A stretch of 64,000 nt of DNA from Bacteroidales bacterium (GTDB lineage: Bacteria; Bacteroidota; Bacteroidia; Bacteroidales; VadinHA17), in the NCBI GenBank assembly GCA_024762655.1, contig JANTHB010000007.1:97-64096 (forward strand). The letters are read 5' to 3'. Positions 1 to 8,533 of this stretch are shown one piece after another (the stretch's first letter is position 1; every line of letters starts with the position of its first letter). The position numbers and the translations under genes are program-made. The notes under the pieces were generated by a model that was not told the origin of the DNA, made no database searches, and saw only the letters and a list, made by a program, of their open reading frames with translations.

Positions 1-223
1 AAAATATCTATTTTAACCGGCCGGCGAAAAAACAGAATATGCGACCGTAAACAGAAAGAAGTTTTTTCCGGTTTTTATTACACTCGATCCGCACGCATCA
101 CTTTTACAACGATTTCCAAATTTCACCTACGTAGGCGGCTACGTAGGCAGGGTTAAGTGGTCAGAGGTAGGGGTACAGGAGGGTTATGGTTGAGGGAGAA
201 GGAAGGAATTTCAGTTCCCATCA

Positions 224-1351
224 TCATACATCAAAAGCTTTTTTTCCGGAAGGGAAATGGGTGTGGTGTCTTTTCATCCAGATCAGTACGTAAGATAACA
301 AGGTAAGGATAACAGCCAGCCCCAATATGATCCCCAGCAGGGGCAGGTCCCCGAGGTCTTGCAGCCACCAGGCAAGCAAAATAAAGAGCACATTCAGGGA
401 AAGTAATACGAGGGTAGCCTGCAGATGAGAAAGTCCCAGTTCCAGCAGCCGGTGATGCAGGTGCCACCGTCCGGCCTCAAAAGGCGAACGGCCCCTCAGC
501 ACCCGCAGAATAAAAACATGCAGGGTGTCCGTCAGGGGGATAATCAGGATGGTAAAGGCCATCACGGCCACCGAAGAAACATGTACCTGCTCCGGGGCGG
601 TCAGATCATACTCCATAAAACGTACGGCCAGCACGCTCAGCATCATGCCCAGGATCAGAGAACCGGTGTCTCCCAGGAAGATCTTATGTTTTCCGTGAGA
701 CAGATTGAACCGGAGAAAAGCGACGAGACTGCCGGTCAGCGACAAACTGACAATCGCATAGTACACGTGTCCGGCAGCAAAAAACCATATCCCGAAAACC
801 AGCGAAGCGAGGGCAGCCACCCCGGAGGCCAGCCCGTCAATGCCATCGATCAGGTTCACCCCGTTGGTAACCACCACAAAAACGAATAAGGTAAAAAGGA
901 CCCCGGAAATATATCCAATCTGATGGATCCCCAGAAAACCATAAAAGCTTGTCATCCTGATATCTCCCAACACAATCACCACCGTGGCTGCAATGATCTG
1001 GCCCACCAGTTTTTTCACCGGGTCAATGACCAGGATATCATCCTTAATGCCGATAAAGAACAGAATGATCAGGCCGGTAAAGATATAAAGCAGTTCCCGG
1101 GTCAGGCCATCCCCCGCCAAAAGAGCTGCCGTTATGGCAAATCCGACAAAGACAGCCACACCCCCGAGGGTGGGGATATCCTGCTTGTGAGAGGAACGTT
1201 TATTGGGGCGGTCGTACAGTCCTTTGGCCCGGGCCACCTTCAGGATGGTGGGAATAGAAATATAGGTAACCCCGAAAGCAAGCAGAAATCCCAGGGGGAT
1301 AAACCATCCTGCATTCAGACTAATCCCGACTTTTTCGAGCAGTACTTCCAT
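224..1351 (-). CDS. WecA/TagO-like undecaprenyl-phosphate GlcNAc-1-phosphate transferase (MraY/GT4 family)
   Basis: Polytopic membrane protein with family motifs RSSH..IPTLGG, GIKDD, NLIDGIDGLA, KIFLGDTGS and HLHH. Confidence 0.88.
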   Translation of the reverse strand: MEVLLEKVGISLNAGWFIPLGFLLAFGVTYISIPTILKVARAKGLYDRPNKRSSHKQDIPTLGGVAVFVGFAITAALLAGDGLTRELLYIFTGLIILFFIGIKDDILVIDPVKKLVGQIIAATVVIVLGDIRMTSFYGFLGIHQIGYISGVLFTLFVFVVVTNGVNLIDGIDGLASGVAALASLVFGIWFFAAGHVYYAIVSLSLTGSLVAFLRFNLSHGKHKIFLGDTGSLILGMMLSVLAVRFMEYDLTAPEQVHVSSVAVMAFTILIIPLTDTLHVFILRVLRGRSPFEAGRWHLHHRLLELGLSHLQATLVLLSLNVLFILLAWWLQDLGDLPLLGIILGLAVILTLLSYVLIWMKRHHTHFPSGKKAFDV

Positions 1352-1373
1352 CTAAACGGCGGTAACATTTATA

Positions 1374-1381
1374 CAAAGATA
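1374..1381 (-). promoter_or_regulatory. Bacteroidota sigmaA -7 box (TATCTTTG) for the wecA-like gene
   Basis: Exact TAnnTTTG about 23 nt upstream of the ATG. Confidence 0.55.
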
Positions 1382-1382
1382 A

Positions 1383-2660
1383 TCATTCTCCCGCAACCCG
1401 CTTAACAACATATTGAGCGGTCAGCCGGGTGCGTTGCGCAACAAGGATAAGGCAACTCTTCAGCTTTTCGCTGATCGTTTTTTCGGTATAGTGACGGAAA
1501 GTAAGCAGTTCGACCTCGCGGTTGAAATACACCTCATAATCGTCCTGAAGTTTTCGCACCCGCTCCATAAAAAGCACGCCGGGGTCGTCAATGCAGAAAG
1601 AGACACTGATCGCCGAGATCTGCACAAGGGATATGTTGAAAGCCCATTGTTTGAATTGTCCGAAAAGATCCTCGAGATGGCGGTTCAGCACAAAGGAGTA
1701 GTCCCGGGGAAACACCGAGAGCAGGATCTGCCTTTCTTTCCGGATATACACGGGTACATGTCTTTCCATCTCCTCGAAATCCCAGATGGTAGTGCTTGTA
1801 TTATCCGGGTGTCCGAGACCGCGTACCACCAGGGGGATATGTTTGTTCTGCAGGGGTTTGATGGTTTTGGGGTGGATCACCTTGGCTCCGTAGAAAGCCA
1901 TTTCGGCCGCCTCCTGATAAGAAATTCCGGGCAGGTGCACAGCATCCGGACATATCTTTGGATCGGCACTCATCACGCCCGGCACGTCTTTCCACAGGGT
2001 CACTTTTTCAGCATCAAGGATACAGCCCAGAATGGCTGCCGTAAAATCCGATCCTTCCCGTCCCAGGGTTGTGGTCTCCCGCGTCAGCGTTCCGGCAATA
2101 TATCCCTGCGTAAGAAACAGGGTTCCCGGGGCTGAAAAAGCCTGCCTGACCCTGCGGCCGGTTTCCTCCCAGAGCACCCCCGCATTCCCAAACCGGCTAT
2201 CGGTAACAATGATCTTCCGGATATCCTTATAAACGATATCAGGGAATTTCTGTTTCAGATAGGAAAAAACAACCGAAGCGGAAAAAAGTTCTCCGAAGGA
2301 AACGATCCGGTCATGCCACGGATCGAAAGACGAATCCGGACCTGTTGCCAACAGATTTTTCAGTTCGGAGAAAAGATGATCCAACTCATTGGTTCCGGGG
2401 TCATGATCCCCGGCTTTTCCGGATAAGGTTCTCATAATCTCAACATGATACTCTTTCAATGCCTCTGTTTTCCTGAGCATCTCCTCTTCCCGGGTTCCCC
2501 TTGCAGAGAGGCTTGCCAATTCCTCCAGGGCATTGGTAGTCTTCCCAAACGCAGAGACCACTAGGACCAGGGGCCTCTCCGCCTGTTGCAGCACCTCAGC
2601 CATCCGGCGTATGCCGGAAGCCTCCTGCAATACCGATCCGCCGAATTTATAGATCTGCAT
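1383..2660 (-). CDS. lysC: Aspartate kinase
   Basis: KFGGS, VVSAFGKTTN, TTLGREGSDFTA, WKDVPGV..ADP, GAKVIHP. Confidence 0.9.
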   Translation of the reverse strand: MQIYKFGGSVLQEASGIRRMAEVLQQAERPLVLVVSAFGKTTNALEELASLSARGTREEEMLRKTEALKEYHVEIMRTLSGKAGDHDPGTNELDHLFSELKNLLATGPDSSFDPWHDRIVSFGELFSASVVFSYLKQKFPDIVYKDIRKIIVTDSRFGNAGVLWEETGRRVRQAFSAPGTLFLTQGYIAGTLTRETTTLGREGSDFTAAILGCILDAEKVTLWKDVPGVMSADPKICPDAVHLPGISYQEAAEMAFYGAKVIHPKTIKPLQNKHIPLVVRGLGHPDNTSTTIWDFEEMERHVPVYIRKERQILLSVFPRDYSFVLNRHLEDLFGQFKQWAFNISLVQISAISVSFCIDDPGVLFMERVRKLQDDYEVYFNREVELLTFRHYTEKTISEKLKSCLILVAQRTRLTAQYVVKRVAGE

Positions 2661-2676
2661 TTTTCTCCTTTTCCGG

Positions 2677-2684
2677 CAAAAGTA
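2677..2684 (-). promoter_or_regulatory. sigmaA -7 box (TACTTTTG) for lysC
   Basis: Exact TAnnTTTG 17 nt upstream of the ATG. Confidence 0.55.
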
Positions 2685-2878
2685 ATAAAAATGAAATTGG
2701 GTTCCCTTTTTGTGTAGCGTCCGGGAAGAAAAAGGATATAGAAGGCGAACCGGATTCTTCCTGCGATTTCAAAGAACCCGATTACGCTCTTGAAAAATAT
2801 CTGTTAAAAAAACTTAAACAACATTGGATCAGCAAAATAATCTGTTAATTTCGCAGTTATTACAGCATAGGTAAATTT

Positions 2879-3604
2879 ATGAATCTGATACTGGATATAG
2901 GGAACAGCCGGGTAAAAGGGTATTTGTTTGAAGGGGAGCGGATCGTGTATAAAGACGAATCTTCCGACGAGGCGGTTCCTTTGGCAAGAGATCTTTTGGA
3001 CCAGTATCCCGAAACACAATACGGCATTGCCGTATCCACGCGAAAAGAGGATTCTTCCCTTTCCGGATTTCTAAACCAGCGCCTTTCCCATTACATTGTA
3101 CTGGGCAGTGACACGCCGTTGCCGGTAAAAAGCCGGTATCGCACCCCGGACACATTAGGGTATGACCGGATTGCCGGAGTGGTAGAAGCTCATGCCCGGT
3201 TCCTCGGAAAAAATGTATTGGTGATTGACGCAGGCACAGCCATCACTTACGATCTGGTTACCGCTGACGGCACCTATGAGGGAGGGAATATCTCCCCCGG
3301 GGTGGATATGCGTTTCAGGGCACTGGCCACTTTTACGGACAAACTACCAAGAATAACCATCAAAGACACTTTCCCGTTGGCAGGAAGAACTACGGAAGAA
3401 GCCATCGCTGCCGGTGTTGAAGCAGGGGTGATTGCCGAAGTGGATGGTATTATCGACAGGTTTGGCAAAGCATATCATGACCTGCAGGTCATTATTACCG
3501 GCGGGGATGCCTTTTTTTTTGATAAAAAGTTAAAAAATAGCATCTTTGTGCTCCCGGAATTAACCGCTTTTGGTCTTAACCGAATACTGACATTTAATGT
3601 ATAA
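2879..3604 (+). CDS. coaX: Type III pantothenate kinase
   Basis: LDIGNS, LGYDR, VIDAGTA and ITGGD motifs. Confidence 0.93.
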   Translation: MNLILDIGNSRVKGYLFEGERIVYKDESSDEAVPLARDLLDQYPETQYGIAVSTRKEDSSLSGFLNQRLSHYIVLGSDTPLPVKSRYRTPDTLGYDRIAGVVEAHARFLGKNVLVIDAGTAITYDLVTADGTYEGGNISPGVDMRFRALATFTDKLPRITIKDTFPLAGRTTEEAIAAGVEAGVIAEVDGIIDRFGKAYHDLQVIITGGDAFFFDKKLKNSIFVLPELTAFGLNRILTFNV

Positions 3605-4889
3605 AAAAAGACATATTCACGTTTTCATTGTTCTGCTCGCGCTTTTATCCGTGACGGGGAATGCACAAACGACTTTTAATTCACCTTTTTCCCTGAAAGG
3701 GATCGGCGATCTCCCACACACCGGCGTTCCCATAAACAGTGCCCTGGGAGGGCTCACGATCGGGATGCGCCAGAAAGGGAATATCGACTATACCAATCCG
3801 GCATCCTATTCCACGCGTGACAGCATGTCTTTTGTTTTTAATTTCGGCACCCAGGGAAGAGGGAGTTTCCTTTCCAGTCAGAACTCATTTGCAAAAAGCT
3901 ACGATCTGAACCTCAATCATCTGATCTTCAGTTTTCCTGTTACCAGGCATCTGGGGGTTGCCTTTGGCTTTGTCCCGTATAGTTATACCGGCTATACGAT
4001 CAGGGAAAAAGTTTTATCGGATGACCCTCTCTACAACCCCGATGTAGGAGAGCTGGAATATCTTTTTCAGGGAGAGGGGGGCGTCACCCGTTTTTTTACC
4101 GGAGCCTCCCTGGAATTGTTCGATCATCTGTCCGTCGGGTTTAACCTGGATTATCTTTTCGGAGAAATAAAAAAGACCCATACCCTGAATTTTCTGGATA
4201 GTCCGGGCACTTTAAATACCCGCATTGAAAGAAGGACCATCGTCAGTGACTTCAGCTACGATCTCGGCCTGCAATATTCTGCCCGGATCGGGGAGAACAA
4301 CCGCCTGGTAATCGGGCTTGTAGGGGGAAACAACAAAAAGATCAATTATTCGGTGGAACAACTGGATTATTCCATTGCTGTCACTTCGGGAGGAAAATCC
4401 TATAACGACACCATCCGCTATCTGCAGGCATTCAATCAGAAGTTGTCTATTCCGTTTTATATCGGCCTGGGATTCACCTTCACCAATGAAAAGTGGTTGT
4501 TTGGAATGGATTATAATTATCAGGACTGGTCGAAATCAGCGCTTCCCTACAGTCATGACAAGCTGACCCCTGCTTATTCTATTCGCTCGGGAGTACAATT
4601 CACTCCCAACCCCAGGGATTTCCGGAGGTACTGGAAGATAATACATTACCGCCTGGGCGGACATTACGGAAATACATATTATGAGGTAAATAACCATCCC
4701 GTAAAAGACTTTGGCATAAGTTTTGGAGCAGGTTTCCCGATACCTCTTAGCAGAACGACCCTGAATATATCATGGGAGAGTGGCTGGAGAGGATCAATTG
4801 AACAAAATTATGTTAAAGAACAATATAATATTATTAATTTTGGGATATCGATAAACAGTTTCTGGTTTGTCAAGAGAAAATATAAGTAG
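3597..4889 (+). CDS. FadL/OmpP1-like outer-membrane beta-barrel (possible Bacteroidota BAM subunit BamG orthologue)
   Basis: Signal peptide, NSPFS..GIGD N-terminus, NPAS motif, amphipathic strands, C-terminal WFVKRKY; position directly after coaX as I recall it in other Bacteroidota. Confidence 0.65.
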   Translation: MYKKRHIHVFIVLLALLSVTGNAQTTFNSPFSLKGIGDLPHTGVPINSALGGLTIGMRQKGNIDYTNPASYSTRDSMSFVFNFGTQGRGSFLSSQNSFAKSYDLNLNHLIFSFPVTRHLGVAFGFVPYSYTGYTIREKVLSDDPLYNPDVGELEYLFQGEGGVTRFFTGASLELFDHLSVGFNLDYLFGEIKKTHTLNFLDSPGTLNTRIERRTIVSDFSYDLGLQYSARIGENNRLVIGLVGGNNKKINYSVEQLDYSIAVTSGGKSYNDTIRYLQAFNQKLSIPFYIGLGFTFTNEKWLFGMDYNYQDWSKSALPYSHDKLTPAYSIRSGVQFTPNPRDFRRYWKIIHYRLGGHYGNTYYEVNNHPVKDFGISFGAGFPIPLSRTTLNISWESGWRGSIEQNYVKEQYNIINFGISINSFWFVKRKYK

Positions 4890-4908
4890 AACTCTAAAAC
4901 GCAACGTC

Positions 4909-6279
4909 ATGAAAAAATTTATCAACCCGGTAATACTTTTAGGTGTATTTCTCATGATGATCCCGGCACAGGGATCTGCCCAGGGTCAGGGGCAACAGGC
5001 AGATGTCATGAACTGTCTGAAGAATTATTCCCTGTATCATGAATATTACAAGCAACACAATTACGCCGAAGCGCTTCCATTCTGGAAGTTGGTGTATAAC
5101 GGAAGCTGTCTGAAGACTTTGGCCAAGGACTCCAGGTACAGAAAATACGCCAGATTTACCCTTCAACACGGGGCCACCATCTATGAACATTTTATGGTAG
5201 ACGCTCTGAAAGCCAAAGATACCAAAAAGGCCCACGCCTATCTGGACACCCTGATGTCTGTTTATGACAAACGCATGACCATCCTGCCCGAAGATTCTGC
5301 GAGGGTACTTAGTTACGAAGGGATAAAATTGTTCAAATACGAAAAGGATGATCCGGCGGCGCTAAACAGGGCTTACAATTATCTGTACAAATCCATACAG
5401 ATGAATCAGCATAAAACACAGGGTCCTGTCCTGGCAGCATTTATGCATATTACGGTTTCCCTGTACAAAGAAAATATCCTGACGGGTGAGGATGTGGTGA
5501 ATAACTATGCCATGCTGTCACAGATTATAGAAGGAAAATTAAGCGAAAACCCGGATGACAAGACCACACAAGCTGTCAGGGACGACATTTCCGCCATGTT
5601 CACCAATAGCGGAGCGGCAACCTGTGAGTCGTTGATCTCCCTGTTTTCCCCAAAATTCGAGGAAAACAAAAACAACCCGGATAATCTGAAAAAATATATT
5701 TTCTGGTTGAAAAACACCGGTTGTGAGGATGCGGATCTTTATCTCAAGTCGATGATCGCCCTGAATAAAATAGAACCTAAATCTGCCCTTGCTTATGATA
5801 TTGCAAAGATTTATAAAAAGCGAGGCAACTTCGATGCTGCCATTGGATACCTGAAAAAGGCCATCCAACTGGAGGAGGACAACACCCTGAAAAGCAAGTT
5901 TTATCTGGAGATTGCAGATATCACCTTCCGCATCAAAAACAACCTGCCGGAAGCCAAGAAATATTGTGAGCTGGCGATTCAGACCGATCCCAAGTCAGGG
6001 TTACCGCACATTTTGCTCGGGAGGATTTATGCCAATGCAAAAAACTACGGGGATGACGAGCTGGCTCACCAGGCTGTTTTCTGGGCTGCTGTGGATCAGT
6101 TCAATATTGCCAAAAGAAAAGATCCTTCCCTGGCGGGCATGGCTAATGAATTTATCAACTCTTTTTCAAAACATTTCCCCCCCAATGAAACCGTATTCTT
6201 TTACGGATTCAAGGAAGGAGACACCTATGAACTCAAGGGATGGATAAACGAAAAAACAAAAGTCCGGATCCGGAAGTAG
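4909..6279 (+). CDS. Exported tetratricopeptide-repeat protein
   Basis: Signal peptide from ATG 4909 (MKKFINPVILL..); TPR-like helices such as AIGYLKKAIQLE and AKKYCELAIQTDP. Confidence 0.8.
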   Translation: MKKFINPVILLGVFLMMIPAQGSAQGQGQQADVMNCLKNYSLYHEYYKQHNYAEALPFWKLVYNGSCLKTLAKDSRYRKYARFTLQHGATIYEHFMVDALKAKDTKKAHAYLDTLMSVYDKRMTILPEDSARVLSYEGIKLFKYEKDDPAALNRAYNYLYKSIQMNQHKTQGPVLAAFMHITVSLYKENILTGEDVVNNYAMLSQIIEGKLSENPDDKTTQAVRDDISAMFTNSGAATCESLISLFSPKFEENKNNPDNLKKYIFWLKNTGCEDADLYLKSMIALNKIEPKSALAYDIAKIYKKRGNFDAAIGYLKKAIQLEEDNTLKSKFYLEIADITFRIKNNLPEAKKYCELAIQTDPKSGLPHILLGRIYANAKNYGDDELAHQAVFWAAVDQFNIAKRKDPSLAGMANEFINSFSKHFPPNETVFFYGFKEGDTYELKGWINEKTKVRIRK

Positions 6280-6314
6280 ATCCTGCCCATCCGGACCCTT
6301 TTCCTTTTTTTCGC

Positions 6315-6914
6315 ATGATCTTCCTTCTGCTGGCAGGAGGAAGTTTCATCTTTTTTCCCGCCTGTACGAAAAACGACATTACCGTTGTCAACAATCTGAC
6401 ACAGTCGGACACCCTGCCATCGCAGACCATAAAAAGTCTGACAACCATTTATATGGATACGGGACGGGTGCAGATGATCATAAAAGCTCCGATGGTAAAC
6501 TACTTTACCGACAGAGAGGATCCTGTCATGATCTTTCCGAAAGGAATACATGTGGATTTTTACGACGATAAGGGACAAATAGAAACACAGTTGCAGGCGA
6601 ACCAGGCTGTTTTTTATCAGAAAAAAAACCTGTGGGAGGCCAGGGACAGTGTAATCGCAAAAAACTCCACCGGGGAAAGACTCGATGCTGAGATCCTTTT
6701 CTGGGATGTAACGAAAAAACAGATCTACTCTGATAAATTTGTCAGGATCACCACGCCGGATGAGATTATTTTCGGCGAGGGTTTTGAATCGGATCAGGCT
6801 TTTAATGACTGGAATATTAACCATGTGAGAGGAACGGTGTATCTCAGTAGCTATCAGGAGAAGAACGACTCTGCAAGCATCAAACAACAACCCCAAATAT
6901 CCCCTGAAAAATGA
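6315..6914 (+). CDS. lptC: LPS export periplasmic protein LptC (start uncertain; possible lipoprotein, FFPA-C)
   Basis: FPKGIHVDFYD, IYSDKFVRI, GEGFESD typical of Bacteroidota LptC. Confidence 0.8.
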   Translation: MIFLLLAGGSFIFFPACTKNDITVVNNLTQSDTLPSQTIKSLTTIYMDTGRVQMIIKAPMVNYFTDREDPVMIFPKGIHVDFYDDKGQIETQLQANQAVFYQKKNLWEARDSVIAKNSTGERLDAEILFWDVTKKQIYSDKFVRITTPDEIIFGEGFESDQAFNDWNINHVRGTVYLSSYQEKNDSASIKQQPQISPEK

Positions 6915-7111
6915 AAGCGATGGAATATGTATGGTTGCTCCTGGGTTTCTTCTCCTTGTTGGGAGGTATTCACGCCTGGTCACAACACGATCTGAAAAAT
7001 GCGCTTATCTTTCTTTTGATGGTGCTTATCTCGGCATTTATGTTCACCGTCAGGATGAAACTACGTAAAAAGAACGAACAAACCAATCCAACCCGTAAGG
7101 AAGAAGAATAA
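6911..7111 (+). CDS. Small two-TM membrane protein
   Basis: 66 aa, two hydrophobic segments and a basic tail; ATGA overlap with lptC and 1-nt overlap with the next gene. Confidence 0.7.
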   Translation: MKAMEYVWLLLGFFSLLGGIHAWSQHDLKNALIFLLMVLISAFMFTVRMKLRKKNEQTNPTRKEEE

Positions 7112-8382
7112 TGTCAGGCACTTATATCATCATCCTTGTCACGCTGCTTTTCTCAGCCTTCTTCTCGGGCATGGAGATCGCCTACCTTTCCTCCAACAAG
7201 CTAAGGCTGGAACTGGATAAAAACCGCGATAGTTTTCCGGCCAGGGTGCTTTCTCTTTTTTCAGAAAATCCGGGACAATATATTGTCACCATGCTGATCG
7301 GCAACAATACGGCCCTGGTGATCTACGGTATCTTCATGGCCATCGTTCTGGAGCCTTTTGTCCGTTCCTTCGCGCATGCCGAGAGCTGGATCCTGATCAT
7401 CCAAACCAGTATCTCCACATTTATTATCCTGATCGTCGCCGAATTTATTCCCAAGGCTCTTTTCAGAACCATTCCCAACAATTTCCTGAATTTTTTTGCC
7501 CTTCCTGTAGCCTTTTTTTATTATCTCTTCTATCCTGTAGCCCAGTTCACCATTTTTCTTTCCAACGGCATCCTGCGCTTTTTCTTTCATGTCAAAGATA
7601 TTAACAAACCTGTCAACCAAATCTTCGGAAAGTCAGATCTGGTGGGACTCTTGGATGAAAGCCAAACAGAAAAAGCAGATCAGGAAGAACAGGACCACAG
7701 CCTCCGGATCTTTCAGAATGCGCTGGATTTTTCTAAGGTCAGGCTCAGAGAGTGTATGATCCCCCGCACCGAGATCGTGGCGCTTGATAAGGAAACTTCC
7801 ATCGAACATATCAGGGAGACTTTTATTGAGACGGGCCATTCAAAACTCCTGATCTATGAAGGATCTATCGATAATATTATCGGATACGTGAACATCAGAG
7901 ATTTTTTTACGGATCCTGAAAATATTGACAAGGTGCTGCATACCCTGATCATTGTCCCGGAATCCATGCCGGCCAACAAGTTGCTCAGCCTGTTTGTGGA
8001 ACAGAAAAAAAATATTGCCTTGGTGGTTGATGAATTCGGGGGAACCTCCGGGATGGTCACCATCGAGGATATCCTGGAGGAAATTTTCGGAGAAATAGAA
8101 GATGAGCATGATACCTCGACACTTATAGAGAAAAAAACGGGACTGGACGAATATGTTTTTTCCGGCCGTCTGGAAATTGATTATCTCAACGAAAAGTACA
8201 ATCTGGACATCCCCGAGAAGGATGATTATGAGACCCTGGCGGGATTTATTTTATACCATCACGGAAATCTTCCGAAACCCAATCAAAAACTGATCATAAA
8301 ACCCTTTGAGATACAAATCCTGAAAACAACGGAAACCCGGGTTGATCTCGTCAGACTGAAAAAATACAGACCAGATAGCTGA
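7111..8382 (+). CDS. HlyC/CorC (CNNM, DUF21-CBS-CorC) hemolysin-family protein
   Basis: SAFFSGMEIA, CBS pair with VVDEFGGTSG, C-terminal YETLAGF CorC domain. Confidence 0.9.
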   Translation: MSGTYIIILVTLLFSAFFSGMEIAYLSSNKLRLELDKNRDSFPARVLSLFSENPGQYIVTMLIGNNTALVIYGIFMAIVLEPFVRSFAHAESWILIIQTSISTFIILIVAEFIPKALFRTIPNNFLNFFALPVAFFYYLFYPVAQFTIFLSNGILRFFFHVKDINKPVNQIFGKSDLVGLLDESQTEKADQEEQDHSLRIFQNALDFSKVRLRECMIPRTEIVALDKETSIEHIRETFIETGHSKLLIYEGSIDNIIGYVNIRDFFTDPENIDKVLHTLIIVPESMPANKLLSLFVEQKKNIALVVDEFGGTSGMVTIEDILEEIFGEIEDEHDTSTLIEKKTGLDEYVFSGRLEIDYLNEKYNLDIPEKDDYETLAGFILYHHGNLPKPNQKLIIKPFEIQILKTTETRVDLVRLKKYRPDS

Positions 8383-8484
8383 ATGCCGTAGCCATTCCGT
8401 TCGGCTTTTTCTCTCCGATCCAGTTCTACCCCGGTCTCTTACAATATATTTAAAGGTTTTTCATAATATTATTCGGCAAATTTT

Positions 8485-8492
8485 TATATTTG
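8485..8492 (+). promoter_or_regulatory. sigmaA -7 box (TATATTTG) for the ppiD/surA-like gene
   Basis: Exact TAnnTTTG 42 nt upstream of the ATG. Confidence 0.55.
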
Positions 8493-8533
8493 CAGCCTGA
8501 AATTCAGATTGCACCTATTATAAAAATATTTAA

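Noticed and set aside
2661-2800. Lysine riboswitch upstream of lysC
   Set aside because: A -7 box lies only 17 nt from the ATG and no L-box motifs are visible
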